Assembly (NCBI GenBank): GCA_963722255.1
Contig: CAVRJO010000002.1
Coordinates: 1-64,000 of the forward strand
Direction of reading: 5' to 3'
Length of the DNA: 64,000 nucleotides
Origin: Candidatus Babeliales bacterium
GTDB taxonomy: Bacteria; Babelota; Babeliae; Babelales; JANWKD01
Shown here: positions 10,243 through 19,374 of the stretch, piece by piece
Layout of the letters: every line of letters begins with the position of its first letter
Numbering within the stretch: the first letter of the stretch is position 1
Translations under genes and position numbers: made by a program
The notes under the pieces: model-generated
Database searches by the model: none
The model's input: only the letters and a program-made list of their open reading frames with translations
Told to the model about the DNA's origin: nothing

Positions 10243-10713
10243 ATGATAATTTTAGGTATAGATCCCGGTTTTAGCGTAACTGGTTATGGTGTTTTAAAAA
10301 AAGAGGGCCATCAAACAACATTAGTTGATTGTGGCTATTTAAAGATGTCTTCTTCAAAATCATTACATGAACGTGTGGGTATTTTTCATGCTACGTTTAC
10401 ACAAAAAATTCTACACCATAAGGTAACAACAATTGCGCTTGAAACACCATTTCTGGGGAAAAATGCACAAAACTTTTTAAAGCTTGGCTATTTGCGCGGC
10501 ATAATCTATTTGCTTGTTGAAACGCATAAAACACAGCTCTTTGAATTTTCACCACGTGAAGTAAAACAAGCTGTTACCGGTTTTGGTGGGGCTGATAAGG
10601 AGCAGGTTGCACGTATTATTATGCGCCTTTTTCCTATGCTCGTTGCACCTGATAAAGCCGATGTCACTGATGCGCTTGCGGTGACATTATGCTGCTTATG
10701 GCACCATAAATAG
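10243..10713 (+). CDS. ruvC: Holliday junction resolvase RuvC
   Basis: ILGIDPG..TGYG, ALE, VKQAVTGFGGADKEQV, DVTDALAV. Confidence 0.96.
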   Translation: MIILGIDPGFSVTGYGVLKKEGHQTTLVDCGYLKMSSSKSLHERVGIFHATFTQKILHHKVTTIALETPFLGKNAQNFLKLGYLRGIIYLLVETHKTQLFEFSPREVKQAVTGFGGADKEQVARIIMRLFPMLVAPDKADVTDALAVTLCCLWHHK

Positions 10714-10855
10714 AGGTTTCTTAAGAAGTTTTTTTACAATTACCGCAAAAAAATGCCAAATTGAATTAACTATTGAAAAAGGGTTGATTTATAGTTTATA
10801 CTGAGATTGACATGCTAAAGCTCATATATTGGTTTTTAAAAAAAGGTTAATAATC

Positions 10856-11863
10856 ATGAAAAGTTATATATTTTTTCGTTTTTTTATGTTTTTTTTAATA
10901 TTTTCAAGCGAATTTTTTATACTTAAAAGTTCAGAAACTCAGACTGATAAATCTTCATTGTCAACCTTGCCTCCGGAGATGATCTTTGCTGTTATTGATA
11001 AATTAATTCCCTCAGGTAAACAGGTAAATTCAAAAGATAATTCGTCCTACGCGAAGGGTCTCTACACTTCTGCGCAAGAAGCATTATCTCTTTTGTCTCA
11101 AAATAAGAGGCTTTCTGAATTTAGACCCGCATTACTATCTATTTTAAAATCTAAAAACACATCCCAGCAATTAACTAATGCATTAGATCTTGCAATAAAT
11201 GAAAAGAAATTAGATCTAGTTCGTTTATTTATTGAATCTGGAGCAGATTTACAAAAAACTTTCATCACTCATGTTGTTTTTAATAAAAATTTTCCAACAA
11301 GTTTATTTAAAGTGATTATGCAAGAATTACAAAGTAAAAGAGAAGACGAGAGAGATGCGCTTTTCATTGATATGGTAAAATCAGTTATTTCTACTACCAA
11401 TAAGCCCAAGATTAAAGCTAAATTATTAGAAGAATTAGCTACCTATGATCCTGAATCTATAGATTCGATTTTTATACATGATTATGGCTTTAAAGGTTCG
11501 ACCATGTTAACACAATTGTTAAACCCAATGGATGCAAATAATGCTTTATTTGCGATCAAAATGCTTAAAAAATATCCGGATTTGGCAAAAAAAGTACTTG
11601 AGAAACATAGTCCTCAAGTAAGTACTCCGTTACTAGCTTTGCTTAGATCAGGCTTATTTTCATCATCAAAAAGTGGTCAATTAGACTTAGCAACAGCTCT
11701 TGTTGAATTGGGTGAAAGTGTTGGTAGTGATCATTTAACCATATCAGATAAAAATAAAAAATTTCCCTTAGATCTTGTAGAAGAAATAATTACTAAAAAT
11801 CCAAAATTAGAATCTAAATGGAATACATTAAAAGGGCGCATCGAAGAACTTACACTTTATTAA
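10856..11863 (+). CDS. Secreted F-box-like / ankyrin-like protein
   Basis: Signal peptide; LSTLPPEMIFAVIDKL is F-box-like; ALDLAINEKKLDLVRLFIESGAD is an ankyrin repeat. Confidence 0.65.
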   Translation: MKSYIFFRFFMFFLIFSSEFFILKSSETQTDKSSLSTLPPEMIFAVIDKLIPSGKQVNSKDNSSYAKGLYTSAQEALSLLSQNKRLSEFRPALLSILKSKNTSQQLTNALDLAINEKKLDLVRLFIESGADLQKTFITHVVFNKNFPTSLFKVIMQELQSKREDERDALFIDMVKSVISTTNKPKIKAKLLEELATYDPESIDSIFIHDYGFKGSTMLTQLLNPMDANNALFAIKMLKKYPDLAKKVLEKHSPQVSTPLLALLRSGLFSSSKSGQLDLATALVELGESVGSDHLTISDKNKKFPLDLVEEIITKNPKLESKWNTLKGRIEELTLY

Positions 11864-11898
11864 TTTTTTCTTAAGGAAAAAGACAAAGTATTTATAAA

Positions 11899-12043
11899 GC
11901 GCTTGAAGCGCCATTGTTAAGTAAGAATGCTCAAAGCCGCGTATTGTTTTTTGCGGCCTTTCCCTATGCTTGTTGCACCTGATAAAGCTGATGTTACTGA
12001 TGCGCTTGCGGTGACATTATGCTGTTTATGGAATCATAAATAG
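11899..12043 (+). pseudogene. ruvC: Degenerate, internally deleted ruvC copy
   Basis: 11963-12043 matches ruvC 10633-10713 with 6 mismatches in 81 nt; 11899-11935 encodes ALEAPLLSKNAQ versus ruvC ALETPFLGKNAQ. Confidence 0.85.
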
Positions 12044-12046
12044 TTA

Positions 12047-12790
12047 TTACTCATGTGGATATTGTTCTTGGATTTTTTGAATTATTTGCCATCGAAACTC
12101 TCTATTTTTTTCATCATCGAGTATTGTATATTTACATCCATTGGAGCAATATGTTTGAATACACGCAATCTGAAGCCAATTACGATTATAACTGATTTTA
12201 TCGTATTCACTTTCTATCATAGATGCTTGAATTAGAATATAAATAGGTTCAATATCTAATATTTTCTTATTGAGTAGTTGTATTGTATCACCCCATCTAG
12301 ATTCAGTACGTATGAATATAATTGGAACTGCCTTACCCACATTGTTTGCATTAATATATTCATTTTCTTGTACACATTTAAATGTGTAATGCAGCGTGAA
12401 GGATGGTTCTTTTTGTATAAAATCTATAAAAAGATGTTTTTTATCTTCATCAATACAATTAGATTCATAAAAAAAATAAGGAACAATCAATTTTTTTTGT
12501 TTACTTGATTTAGGCCTTTCTTCTTTTTCTTTTAATTTTTTTTCTTTATCTTTATACAATTTAAAATGACCATTATAATCACTAAGTGGATGATCTTGCT
12601 TAGAAGATTTATAATACCACAAGCATCCAACAGTTAGTGCTCCTAATGCAAATCCGCTTGCTAAGGCACAAACAACTTTCTGATCTTTAACATAATCAAA
12701 AAAACTTGAGGGTACTGTTGAAAATATGTGCGCGGAACAAGTTTGATTAAAGAAAAGAGTTAAAAAAAGAAAAAATTTTGTATACTTCAT
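12047..12790 (-). CDS. Hypothetical protein (signal peptide + TM)
   Basis: 247-aa ORF with hydrophobic N-terminal segments. Confidence 0.65.
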   Translation of the reverse strand: MKYTKFFLFLTLFFNQTCSAHIFSTVPSSFFDYVKDQKVVCALASGFALGALTVGCLWYYKSSKQDHPLSDYNGHFKLYKDKEKKLKEKEERPKSSKQKKLIVPYFFYESNCIDEDKKHLFIDFIQKEPSFTLHYTFKCVQENEYINANNVGKAVPIIFIRTESRWGDTIQLLNKKILDIEPIYILIQASMIESEYDKISYNRNWLQIACIQTYCSNGCKYTILDDEKNREFRWQIIQKIQEQYPHE

Positions 12791-12896
12791 AATTCTTAAA
12801 TTTCAGTATTATTTGTTGATGAAACTAATTTCAGTATGCCAGAAAATGTAAAAATTAAAATATTGCGGTGTGGTGATGCCAACTAAATTTGCGCCA

Positions 12897-12924
12897 ATGT
12901 CTGATAACGCATATTATGTAAAAA
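12897..12924 (+). other. dif-like XerC/XerD recombination site
   Basis: ATGTCTGATAA-CGCATA-TTATGTAAAAA, 11-6-11 architecture; intergenic, near the switch in core-gene orientation. Confidence 0.65.
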
Positions 12925-14751
12925 CTACCTGGGATATAGTGAAGAAAGAAGTCGCTTTCGTACATTTCTATCACATGCTGAAAATAAATCAACATCATTT
13001 TGAGTAAGTATCGATTGTATCTTATATAGAAGCGCATTATTACTATTTTTTTGACTACTACTTTTTTCAGCATTTTGTATATAGGTTACAAAAAAGTCGA
13101 CTGTTTTTGCAAGATTACAGGCTAGCTTCAAACGCTGCTCAACAGAAAATTCAAGTTCTTGCATAACTATTTGAATGGCCTTCACATAAACATCAAACTT
13201 CTGCCGAAAAATAGTATATTTGACTTTTTCTTTCAAAGATTTAGCTATATGAAGCGTAAATAAAACGGTTCGCATATCAAGAGCTCCTAACAAACATTTA
13301 TCCTGCCAATCAGAATCTGAACTTAACCGTTTTGTACTGCTATAACAAACCTTCAAAAGCTGTTCACGCGTAAAATCTTCTTTAAATTCAGCAAGCATTA
13401 GAGCAAGAAAACCACTCATAAGCGCCGTTGCCATTGAAGTGCCACTTAAAAAAAGAAAGTCGCCCTGGAATGATGGAATTCCCGTACTTAAAAGATTAAA
13501 TCCTGGTGCAACAAATTTAGGCCCTATATCTTTTTCATATTGAGAAAATGGACATATATGATACTGAGTGCCGTCATACAAAAATGCTCCTACATCAAAT
13601 GCGATTGATTCTAAATGGGCTGGGTAAGCTTCGCCAGATTGTTCAAATAATTGATCATTGCCACTTGCCGCAACAACAAACAGAGGCAATCTAAGCTGAT
13701 CTTCTAATAGTTTGCATAGTTCACTATTTTTTGTCCTTTGGATTTTTAAACTTAGGTTAACAATATCAGCATTGAAACTTTGCGCCTTTTTCAAAGCATA
13801 GAGTATGGTCTCCACGTCGCTAGTACCCGCTTCATTACAAACTTTTAGCATAAGAGTTTGCGCACGCGGCGCAATGCCACAAAAGCCTGGAATAGCTGTA
13901 TTTTCTTGCGCATTAATCAAACCATAGAGATGCGTTCCGTGTGCTGCAGTGCACTTATTTTTTAAATCAGAAGAAAAAGTTGGCATTGGTAAAAATTCAT
14001 AAATCGCGTTATGACGAACTGGATGCATAAGTCCTATAAGAGTAAAAAATCTGACCTTGCCATGTGGCAAGATCCCCCTTCTTCCTTGAGTCAATTCTTG
14101 GATTGCAAGAGTGCCAAATTCCGTAAGCACTCCTTTAGCGTTAAAGAGATTTGCTTTGCCATAGTTCCTTAAAAATGTATACAATGCATCCGTTTTTCTC
14201 GTTGCACAATATTCTATAACTATAGGTATTACTTCACGCTCTGATGGAATTTTATTTGGTTTTAAGAAGGTAACAAGATAGTTTATAAATGCTTGTAACC
14301 CTTTGGCGCAGCAATTATAATTTTCATACGGATCAAATCCAACAAACAAAATATTGGGATGTTTTGTTAATGACTTTGTAGGGGCACGTTCAAATGTTGC
14401 AACCCCCGTATCAAGCAAAGCTACTGTAATGCCGTCCCCTTTTTTTGGAGCGAGATCCCACAAACTAAACCAATACGGAATATATGAAGAACTTTTATCT
14501 GCATAGAATCCCGTTGTTGGAACCTTGAGATGCCACATAACATTTGTTTTTATATAATCATAAAGTTCAGGATTATGTTCTTGTATCTTTTGAATGGTTG
14601 GAGAATGGCTATGAATATTCCTTGTTTTGCAAAAAATAGAAATATCATTTCCGTGTAAATGCAACCCCGACAAATTTGTATTTTGTGGAGTAATACCTTC
14701 ATTACTTAATAATGCCCCTATGCATACAATAAAAGTAAAAAGGAACTTCAT
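12925..14751 (-). CDS. Subtilisin-family (S8) serine peptidase
   Basis: Catalytic motifs VALLDTG, HGTH, AASGND, SGTSMA; signal peptide. Confidence 0.9.
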   Translation of the reverse strand: MKFLFTFIVCIGALLSNEGITPQNTNLSGLHLHGNDISIFCKTRNIHSHSPTIQKIQEHNPELYDYIKTNVMWHLKVPTTGFYADKSSSYIPYWFSLWDLAPKKGDGITVALLDTGVATFERAPTKSLTKHPNILFVGFDPYENYNCCAKGLQAFINYLVTFLKPNKIPSEREVIPIVIEYCATRKTDALYTFLRNYGKANLFNAKGVLTEFGTLAIQELTQGRRGILPHGKVRFFTLIGLMHPVRHNAIYEFLPMPTFSSDLKNKCTAAHGTHLYGLINAQENTAIPGFCGIAPRAQTLMLKVCNEAGTSDVETILYALKKAQSFNADIVNLSLKIQRTKNSELCKLLEDQLRLPLFVVAASGNDQLFEQSGEAYPAHLESIAFDVGAFLYDGTQYHICPFSQYEKDIGPKFVAPGFNLLSTGIPSFQGDFLFLSGTSMATALMSGFLALMLAEFKEDFTREQLLKVCYSSTKRLSSDSDWQDKCLLGALDMRTVLFTLHIAKSLKEKVKYTIFRQKFDVYVKAIQIVMQELEFSVEQRLKLACNLAKTVDFFVTYIQNAEKSSSQKNSNNALLYKIQSILTQNDVDLFSACDRNVRKRLLSSLYPR

Positions 14752-14821
14752 ATGTTACCAAGCTCTCTTTTTTATTGAAAATTATGATTGAATTAAGTTT
14801 AACAGATTAATTCAATTCATT

Positions 14822-15364
14822 TCAAAGACTTTTAAAACCTATTAAAATAAAAGGAAAATAAAAACTTTTTTGAATGCTATTATTAAAATAGCTATCTGCA
14901 GCAAAAAGTAATGCAGCGCCACAATAGGCTTTTTTATGCTCATATGGATTGGTATAAAAATAGTAGCTAGCACCTAATCCAACGGCAATTTTTGAGTATT
15001 TTATTGTTTGATTATACCATTCTTTTTTTAAGAAATGAGGAACTAATAAGCTTTTAGTGGTTGTTCTAATTCCATCTAGAAATAACTTTATATCTTGCTC
15101 TCTTGAATATAATTTTTTGCCAACATTATACAGAAATGTTATTTGCCGATGCAAAGGACCAAACATAAAATCTCTATCTCCGCTTGCACTATATTTTCTA
15201 AACACATCAACAGGGTATCCGTAACAACCTTCAACCATTTTTGTAATCCCTGCAAAGATTTTTTTATTTTGATAGCTATTTTCCTGTTCATCATTTAAGT
15301 TCATTGAATGCAATGAGCTTATTGAAGGAACTGTTGCAAAAAATAATAATAGAATTTTTTTCAT
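14822..15364 (-). CDS. Secreted/membrane hypothetical protein
   Basis: MKK signal + SMN; C-terminal hydrophobic segments. Confidence 0.6.
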   Translation of the reverse strand: MKKILLLFFATVPSISSLHSMNLNDEQENSYQNKKIFAGITKMVEGCYGYPVDVFRKYSASGDRDFMFGPLHRQITFLYNVGKKLYSREQDIKLFLDGIRTTTKSLLVPHFLKKEWYNQTIKYSKIAVGLGASYYFYTNPYEHKKAYCGAALLFAADSYFNNSIQKSFYFPFILIGFKSL

Positions 15365-15488
15365 TGTAATTAAAAAATATAAAAAAAATGAATAGTATAA
15401 ACAATGTTTAATTATAAAGATATTCTACTACAAAGCAAATTTTGCTCTTACTGTAGCAAAATTATAGTCAACTAGTAAAAATTTTAAA

Positions 15489-16385
15489 TTACTGCGCCAA
15501 GGGATCAATGGAATAGTCTTTTTCTAGTTTATAAAGACCCGTAACAGTGTTTACTTGAATAAATTCTTCCTGCTCCTTGCCATCGCGAAATACCTGAACT
15601 CTAAATTCAAGGGGTTGAACAGGTCTGCTTAAAATTTCCAATTCTTCTTTTAAATTATCAAGATAAAGTTTATAGGTCTTTTCTAAATAAGGACGTTGAT
15701 CTTTCTGCGCTTGAATTATCTTCTTTTTTGTTGTTGCGTATTCAGCTAATATTTTTTTGAATTCTGGATAGAGATCTTTCAATCGATAAAGAGGTTGCAT
15801 GATTTCTAGAGCCCCAAGATTTGCAGTTTTCACAGCAAGCTGTAAAGCCGGAAGATCAAATAGAAATGCACCATGCTTGTAAAGTTTGCGTATAATCTCT
15901 TTTTGTTTTTCTTTTGAAGCACCTGCAGTATTTTCAATTGCAATCATTAAAGGAGTTTTTCCTTCTCTATTGTGCTCATTAATGTATTTTTCTTCTGCAA
16001 GTCGTTCAATCATATCATCAATGGCTTCACTACTTAAAATTGCTGTTCGTTCTCCTTTTATCTTCTGCCCAAAAGCAGTGAATAAATCTTCCATTTGCTG
16101 AGACTTTGGTTTTAAAATCCAAAAAGAACCCGTATCGGGCGCTACAACTTGTGGCCTATATGCGCCAGGTGATGTCACAAAAGCTCTTGAAGACACTTTT
16201 TTTGAGGAAGGAGTTGGTCTTTGCCAAGAATATGCTTCAGAAAGTGAACGAACACTTCTTGATGGTCTCAAAAAGCTTGCCCCTTGACGTACCCCTGTTC
16301 TTGTCCGTTGCAAACCAAAGGCTGAATAAAAAGAGCACAATGCACAAATGGCTAAAATAAGGTGAACATATATATTTTTTAACAT
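15489..16385 (-). CDS. Ankyrin repeat protein, secreted
   Basis: NREGKTPLMIAI...KLYKHGA; signal peptide followed by an Arg/Ser-rich stretch. Confidence 0.75.
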   Translation of the reverse strand: MLKNIYVHLILAICALCSFYSAFGLQRTRTGVRQGASFLRPSRSVRSLSEAYSWQRPTPSSKKVSSRAFVTSPGAYRPQVVAPDTGSFWILKPKSQQMEDLFTAFGQKIKGERTAILSSEAIDDMIERLAEEKYINEHNREGKTPLMIAIENTAGASKEKQKEIIRKLYKHGAFLFDLPALQLAVKTANLGALEIMQPLYRLKDLYPEFKKILAEYATTKKKIIQAQKDQRPYLEKTYKLYLDNLKEELEILSRPVQPLEFRVQVFRDGKEQEEFIQVNTVTGLYKLEKDYSIDPLAQ

Positions 16386-16512
16386 AGGAATATAACCTCT
16401 CTATTATAACAGATAGTATATATCCTATTATACACAAAAAATTTCTATTTGTCAATAATATTAAGACGACCATATAAATCTGGATTTTTGGTGCAATTTC
16501 CCTGGGTAGCTA

Positions 16513-16610
16513 TAAAAATAAACCACCGCATTGACTTGCGTCAATGCGGTGGAAAAAAGGAGAGTAGTAATGAAGCCTAAGTTAAATCTGTAAATTCTTG
16601 CTGCTTAACA
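16513..16610 (-). ncRNA. Candidate small RNA
   Basis: Upstream TTGACA-16-CATACT promoter; 13-bp terminator stem with GCAA loop and U-rich tail; CU-rich segment TTCATTACTACTCTCCTT. Confidence 0.45.
16523..16552 (-). terminator. Intrinsic terminator
   Basis: CCACCGCATTGAC-GCAA-GTCAATGCGGTGG followed by TTTATTTTT on the minus strand. Confidence 0.85.
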
Positions 16611-16780
16611 GTTTTTAGTATGCTGCTTATTTATCAAATGTCAATAATTTCTTTTAAATTCTATCTTTTAAATACAGCGTTTTTTACCATTTATTACTAA
16701 ATATGATATAGATTATTTTTATATCTGTCAACAGCAATAAAAACAGAGGATATTTGCAAAAGGGCCTATTTTTCAGCATG

Positions 16781-17866
16781 TCACAATAATTGGATATGTT
16801 GTACGGTATGAGCAGATAATAAGTTGTCAAAATAAGTTGAATTTGCAGGAGAAGTAAAAATAAGCTGGCATTCAAGAGCAAGCATCAATGAAACTAATAA
16901 TTCGCCCCTATAGTAATCAAAATCGGTCATAAAATCATCAAGAAGAAAGAGGACCTGGCCATGCTTAGTCGTAATATCTTGAATTTGGGCTATTTTTATA
17001 AGCATAATAATAAGTTTTTGTTGCCCTCGCGAAGCAAATGAGCGTGAATTTTTGTGACAAAATTCGATTGAAAAATCTTCTAAATGAGCCCCAAAAAGAG
17101 AACGCCGCATAATTGATTCCGCATTCTGCAAATCACTATTATGCCGCAGAAAAGTATCAAAAGACTGGGCTTCTTCACTTCTCTTTGCATGATAGGTAAA
17201 GATAAGTGTTAACCCCTCTCCAAAAGTTGTCTTCAGCATATAATTTGTCTTATCTTCTAGGCTTTTAAGTAATTGTTTACGATAATTTTGAATAACTATA
17301 GTTTCTTGCCACAACTGCTCCGTCCATAACTGATATGATTCCTGCGTAAATCCTCCTCTATACAATAAGGCGTTCCTATTTTCAAGAACTTGTTTATAGC
17401 GCCTGCTCTGCATTAAAAATTCAGGAAAATCTAATGCAAGAGCTTGATCAAGAAAAAGCCGTCGCCCATCAGGACTACCCTTGATAAGAGATAGGTCGTC
17501 TTCAGTAAGTGTAACAACTCTATAAAGCTTTGAAATGTCTTTATATGAGGTGATAGACCGCTGATCAATTTTAACAAGCCGCTTTTTTTTAGAAAATCCC
17601 ATCGTAAGCTCATGAGGCAAGGAAACAGCATCGATTGATTCATTTATTTTTACTCGTATAAAAAAATTTTCATCATCAAAGCTAACAAGTTCACGTGGTA
17701 TATGCGTTCGAAATGATCGCAAATAACAGGCATAATGCAAAGCCTCTAAAATCGAAGATTTTCCAGAACCATTTGGGCCAACAATGCAGGCAATATTAGA
17801 TGAAAAATCCAAAGAATAATTTTTGAAGCATCGAAAATTTTTAAGAGTAAGTTGTTCTATCAACAC
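16781..17866 (-). CDS. recF: DNA replication/repair protein RecF
   Basis: LKNFR, GPNGSGKS, SRGQQK, LLDD; directly downstream of dnaN. Confidence 0.95.
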   Translation of the reverse strand: MLIEQLTLKNFRCFKNYSLDFSSNIACIVGPNGSGKSSILEALHYACYLRSFRTHIPRELVSFDDENFFIRVKINESIDAVSLPHELTMGFSKKKRLVKIDQRSITSYKDISKLYRVVTLTEDDLSLIKGSPDGRRLFLDQALALDFPEFLMQSRRYKQVLENRNALLYRGGFTQESYQLWTEQLWQETIVIQNYRKQLLKSLEDKTNYMLKTTFGEGLTLIFTYHAKRSEEAQSFDTFLRHNSDLQNAESIMRRSLFGAHLEDFSIEFCHKNSRSFASRGQQKLIIMLIKIAQIQDITTKHGQVLFLLDDFMTDFDYYRGELLVSLMLALECQLIFTSPANSTYFDNLLSAHTVQHIQLL

Positions 17867-17880
17867 AAGAGTAAATTACC

Positions 17881-19002
17881 TTAATGCGTTGGTGAAACAG
17901 GCATAACTAAATAGGTCATCTGATATTTTTCTTGCTCTGTATGAAATATAATTGGCTTGCTTGAATTTTTTAAATAAAAAGCAATATTCTCTTCGCCAAA
18001 TGATTGCAATCCATTTAATATATAAGGAGCATAAAATCTAATATCAAGATCACTGCCAGAAAATCCCTTAAGGGGCAACGCTTCCTGTAATTTGCCAACT
18101 TCCTTATTTTGCATTGCAACATTCAAAAGATCATTATTAAAGGCAAATGTCGTTGCAAGAAATTGACCGGATAATAAACAAACTGAACGACGCAATGTCT
18201 TCACAAAATGGTTCCGATCAACTGATGCCGGAATAAAGTCTTCTTTATTAAGAATGGTTCGATATGCTGGGAAGCTATCAGATAAAAGCTTTGTAAAAAA
18301 GTTAAAATCTTCTCCTGAAAAAACCACTTGGTTGCCACAGATTCCTAAAAAAACAAAACTGTTTTCAGAATTTTCTAAGATTTTTTTCAATTCAAAAATT
18401 GCACGTCGAGGCAAAAGCCATTTCTTTTCTTGTTCTAAGGATATTGCTGTCGATTCAACTTGCGCAAGACAATGTCCATCGGTTGTAGTCATTGTCAATC
18501 CCTGAGGAGATACCTCTAAAAAAAGACCATTAAGCGCAGAATTTGCATTATTTTGCGGAATTAAAAAAGCAACTTTTTCAAGCAATGTTAATAAAAACTG
18601 CGCATCGATATGCATAAGATTTTCAATGCGTTCAGGAAATGGGGGAAACCCCTCCGGATCTTTTACATTAAGAGAAAGCTGAACATTATTTGCCTCAAGT
18701 GAGACCTGATTATTTTCAAAAGAAAAAGTTATCTCATCATCAAGCTCTTTAACTAAATCAAAAATTCGTTTACCGGAAACTAAAAATGAGTATGCAGCGC
18801 TCATATCATTATGTGGCAAAAGGCATGTTGATTGCAAACTAATTTCTAAGTCAGTGCTTTTAAGTACCAGCTCTTTATTGCCAACTTGAAACAAGATGGA
18901 TGAAGTAGCATCTAATGTTGTACGCTTTGTACAAATTGGTTGCATTGATGAAAGTACCGAAAGTAACTTTTTTTGATCTATAGTAAACGTTGTTATGGCC
19001 AT
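17881..19002 (-). CDS. dnaN: DNA polymerase III beta clamp
   Basis: STDLEISL, TTDGHCLA, YLVMP motifs; 373 aa. Confidence 0.96.
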   Translation of the reverse strand: MAITTFTIDQKKLLSVLSSMQPICTKRTTLDATSSILFQVGNKELVLKSTDLEISLQSTCLLPHNDMSAAYSFLVSGKRIFDLVKELDDEITFSFENNQVSLEANNVQLSLNVKDPEGFPPFPERIENLMHIDAQFLLTLLEKVAFLIPQNNANSALNGLFLEVSPQGLTMTTTDGHCLAQVESTAISLEQEKKWLLPRRAIFELKKILENSENSFVFLGICGNQVVFSGEDFNFFTKLLSDSFPAYRTILNKEDFIPASVDRNHFVKTLRRSVCLLSGQFLATTFAFNNDLLNVAMQNKEVGKLQEALPLKGFSGSDLDIRFYAPYILNGLQSFGEENIAFYLKNSSKPIIFHTEQEKYQMTYLVMPVSPTH

Positions 19003-19158
19003 AATATTCCTTACTAACTTTGCTCATAATGACTAAATATCATTATTCTAATTATAAGTAATCAGTATACTAAACAAAGAGTTGATGCGCAAAAATAATT
19101 CCTTTCTTGAGATTATGCTTAATTGTTTTGTATACTATCATTGTTTAGGGGAAATTCA

Positions 19159-19374
19159 ATGAATAAAAAAATTCTATTTTTTATATCGTTTTTTACTGCA
19201 TCATTAATTTTTTGTATGAATAAATCATGTAAAAAGCCTTTAGATAATCAAAAGAAAGTTAATGACAAAACGAATCCGATAATAAACCAAAAATTTGAAG
19301 ACCCTTCTCATCCTGCCGTTCCTCGTTGCCTAGCAAGCGATGATTTAAGAGATGATAAACATAAAGAATTATGA
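19159..19374 (+). CDS. Small secreted hypothetical protein
   Basis: AGGGG RBS then MNKKILFFISFFTASLIFCMN. Confidence 0.5.
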   Translation: MNKKILFFISFFTASLIFCMNKSCKKPLDNQKKVNDKTNPIINQKFEDPSHPAVPRCLASDDLRDDKHKEL

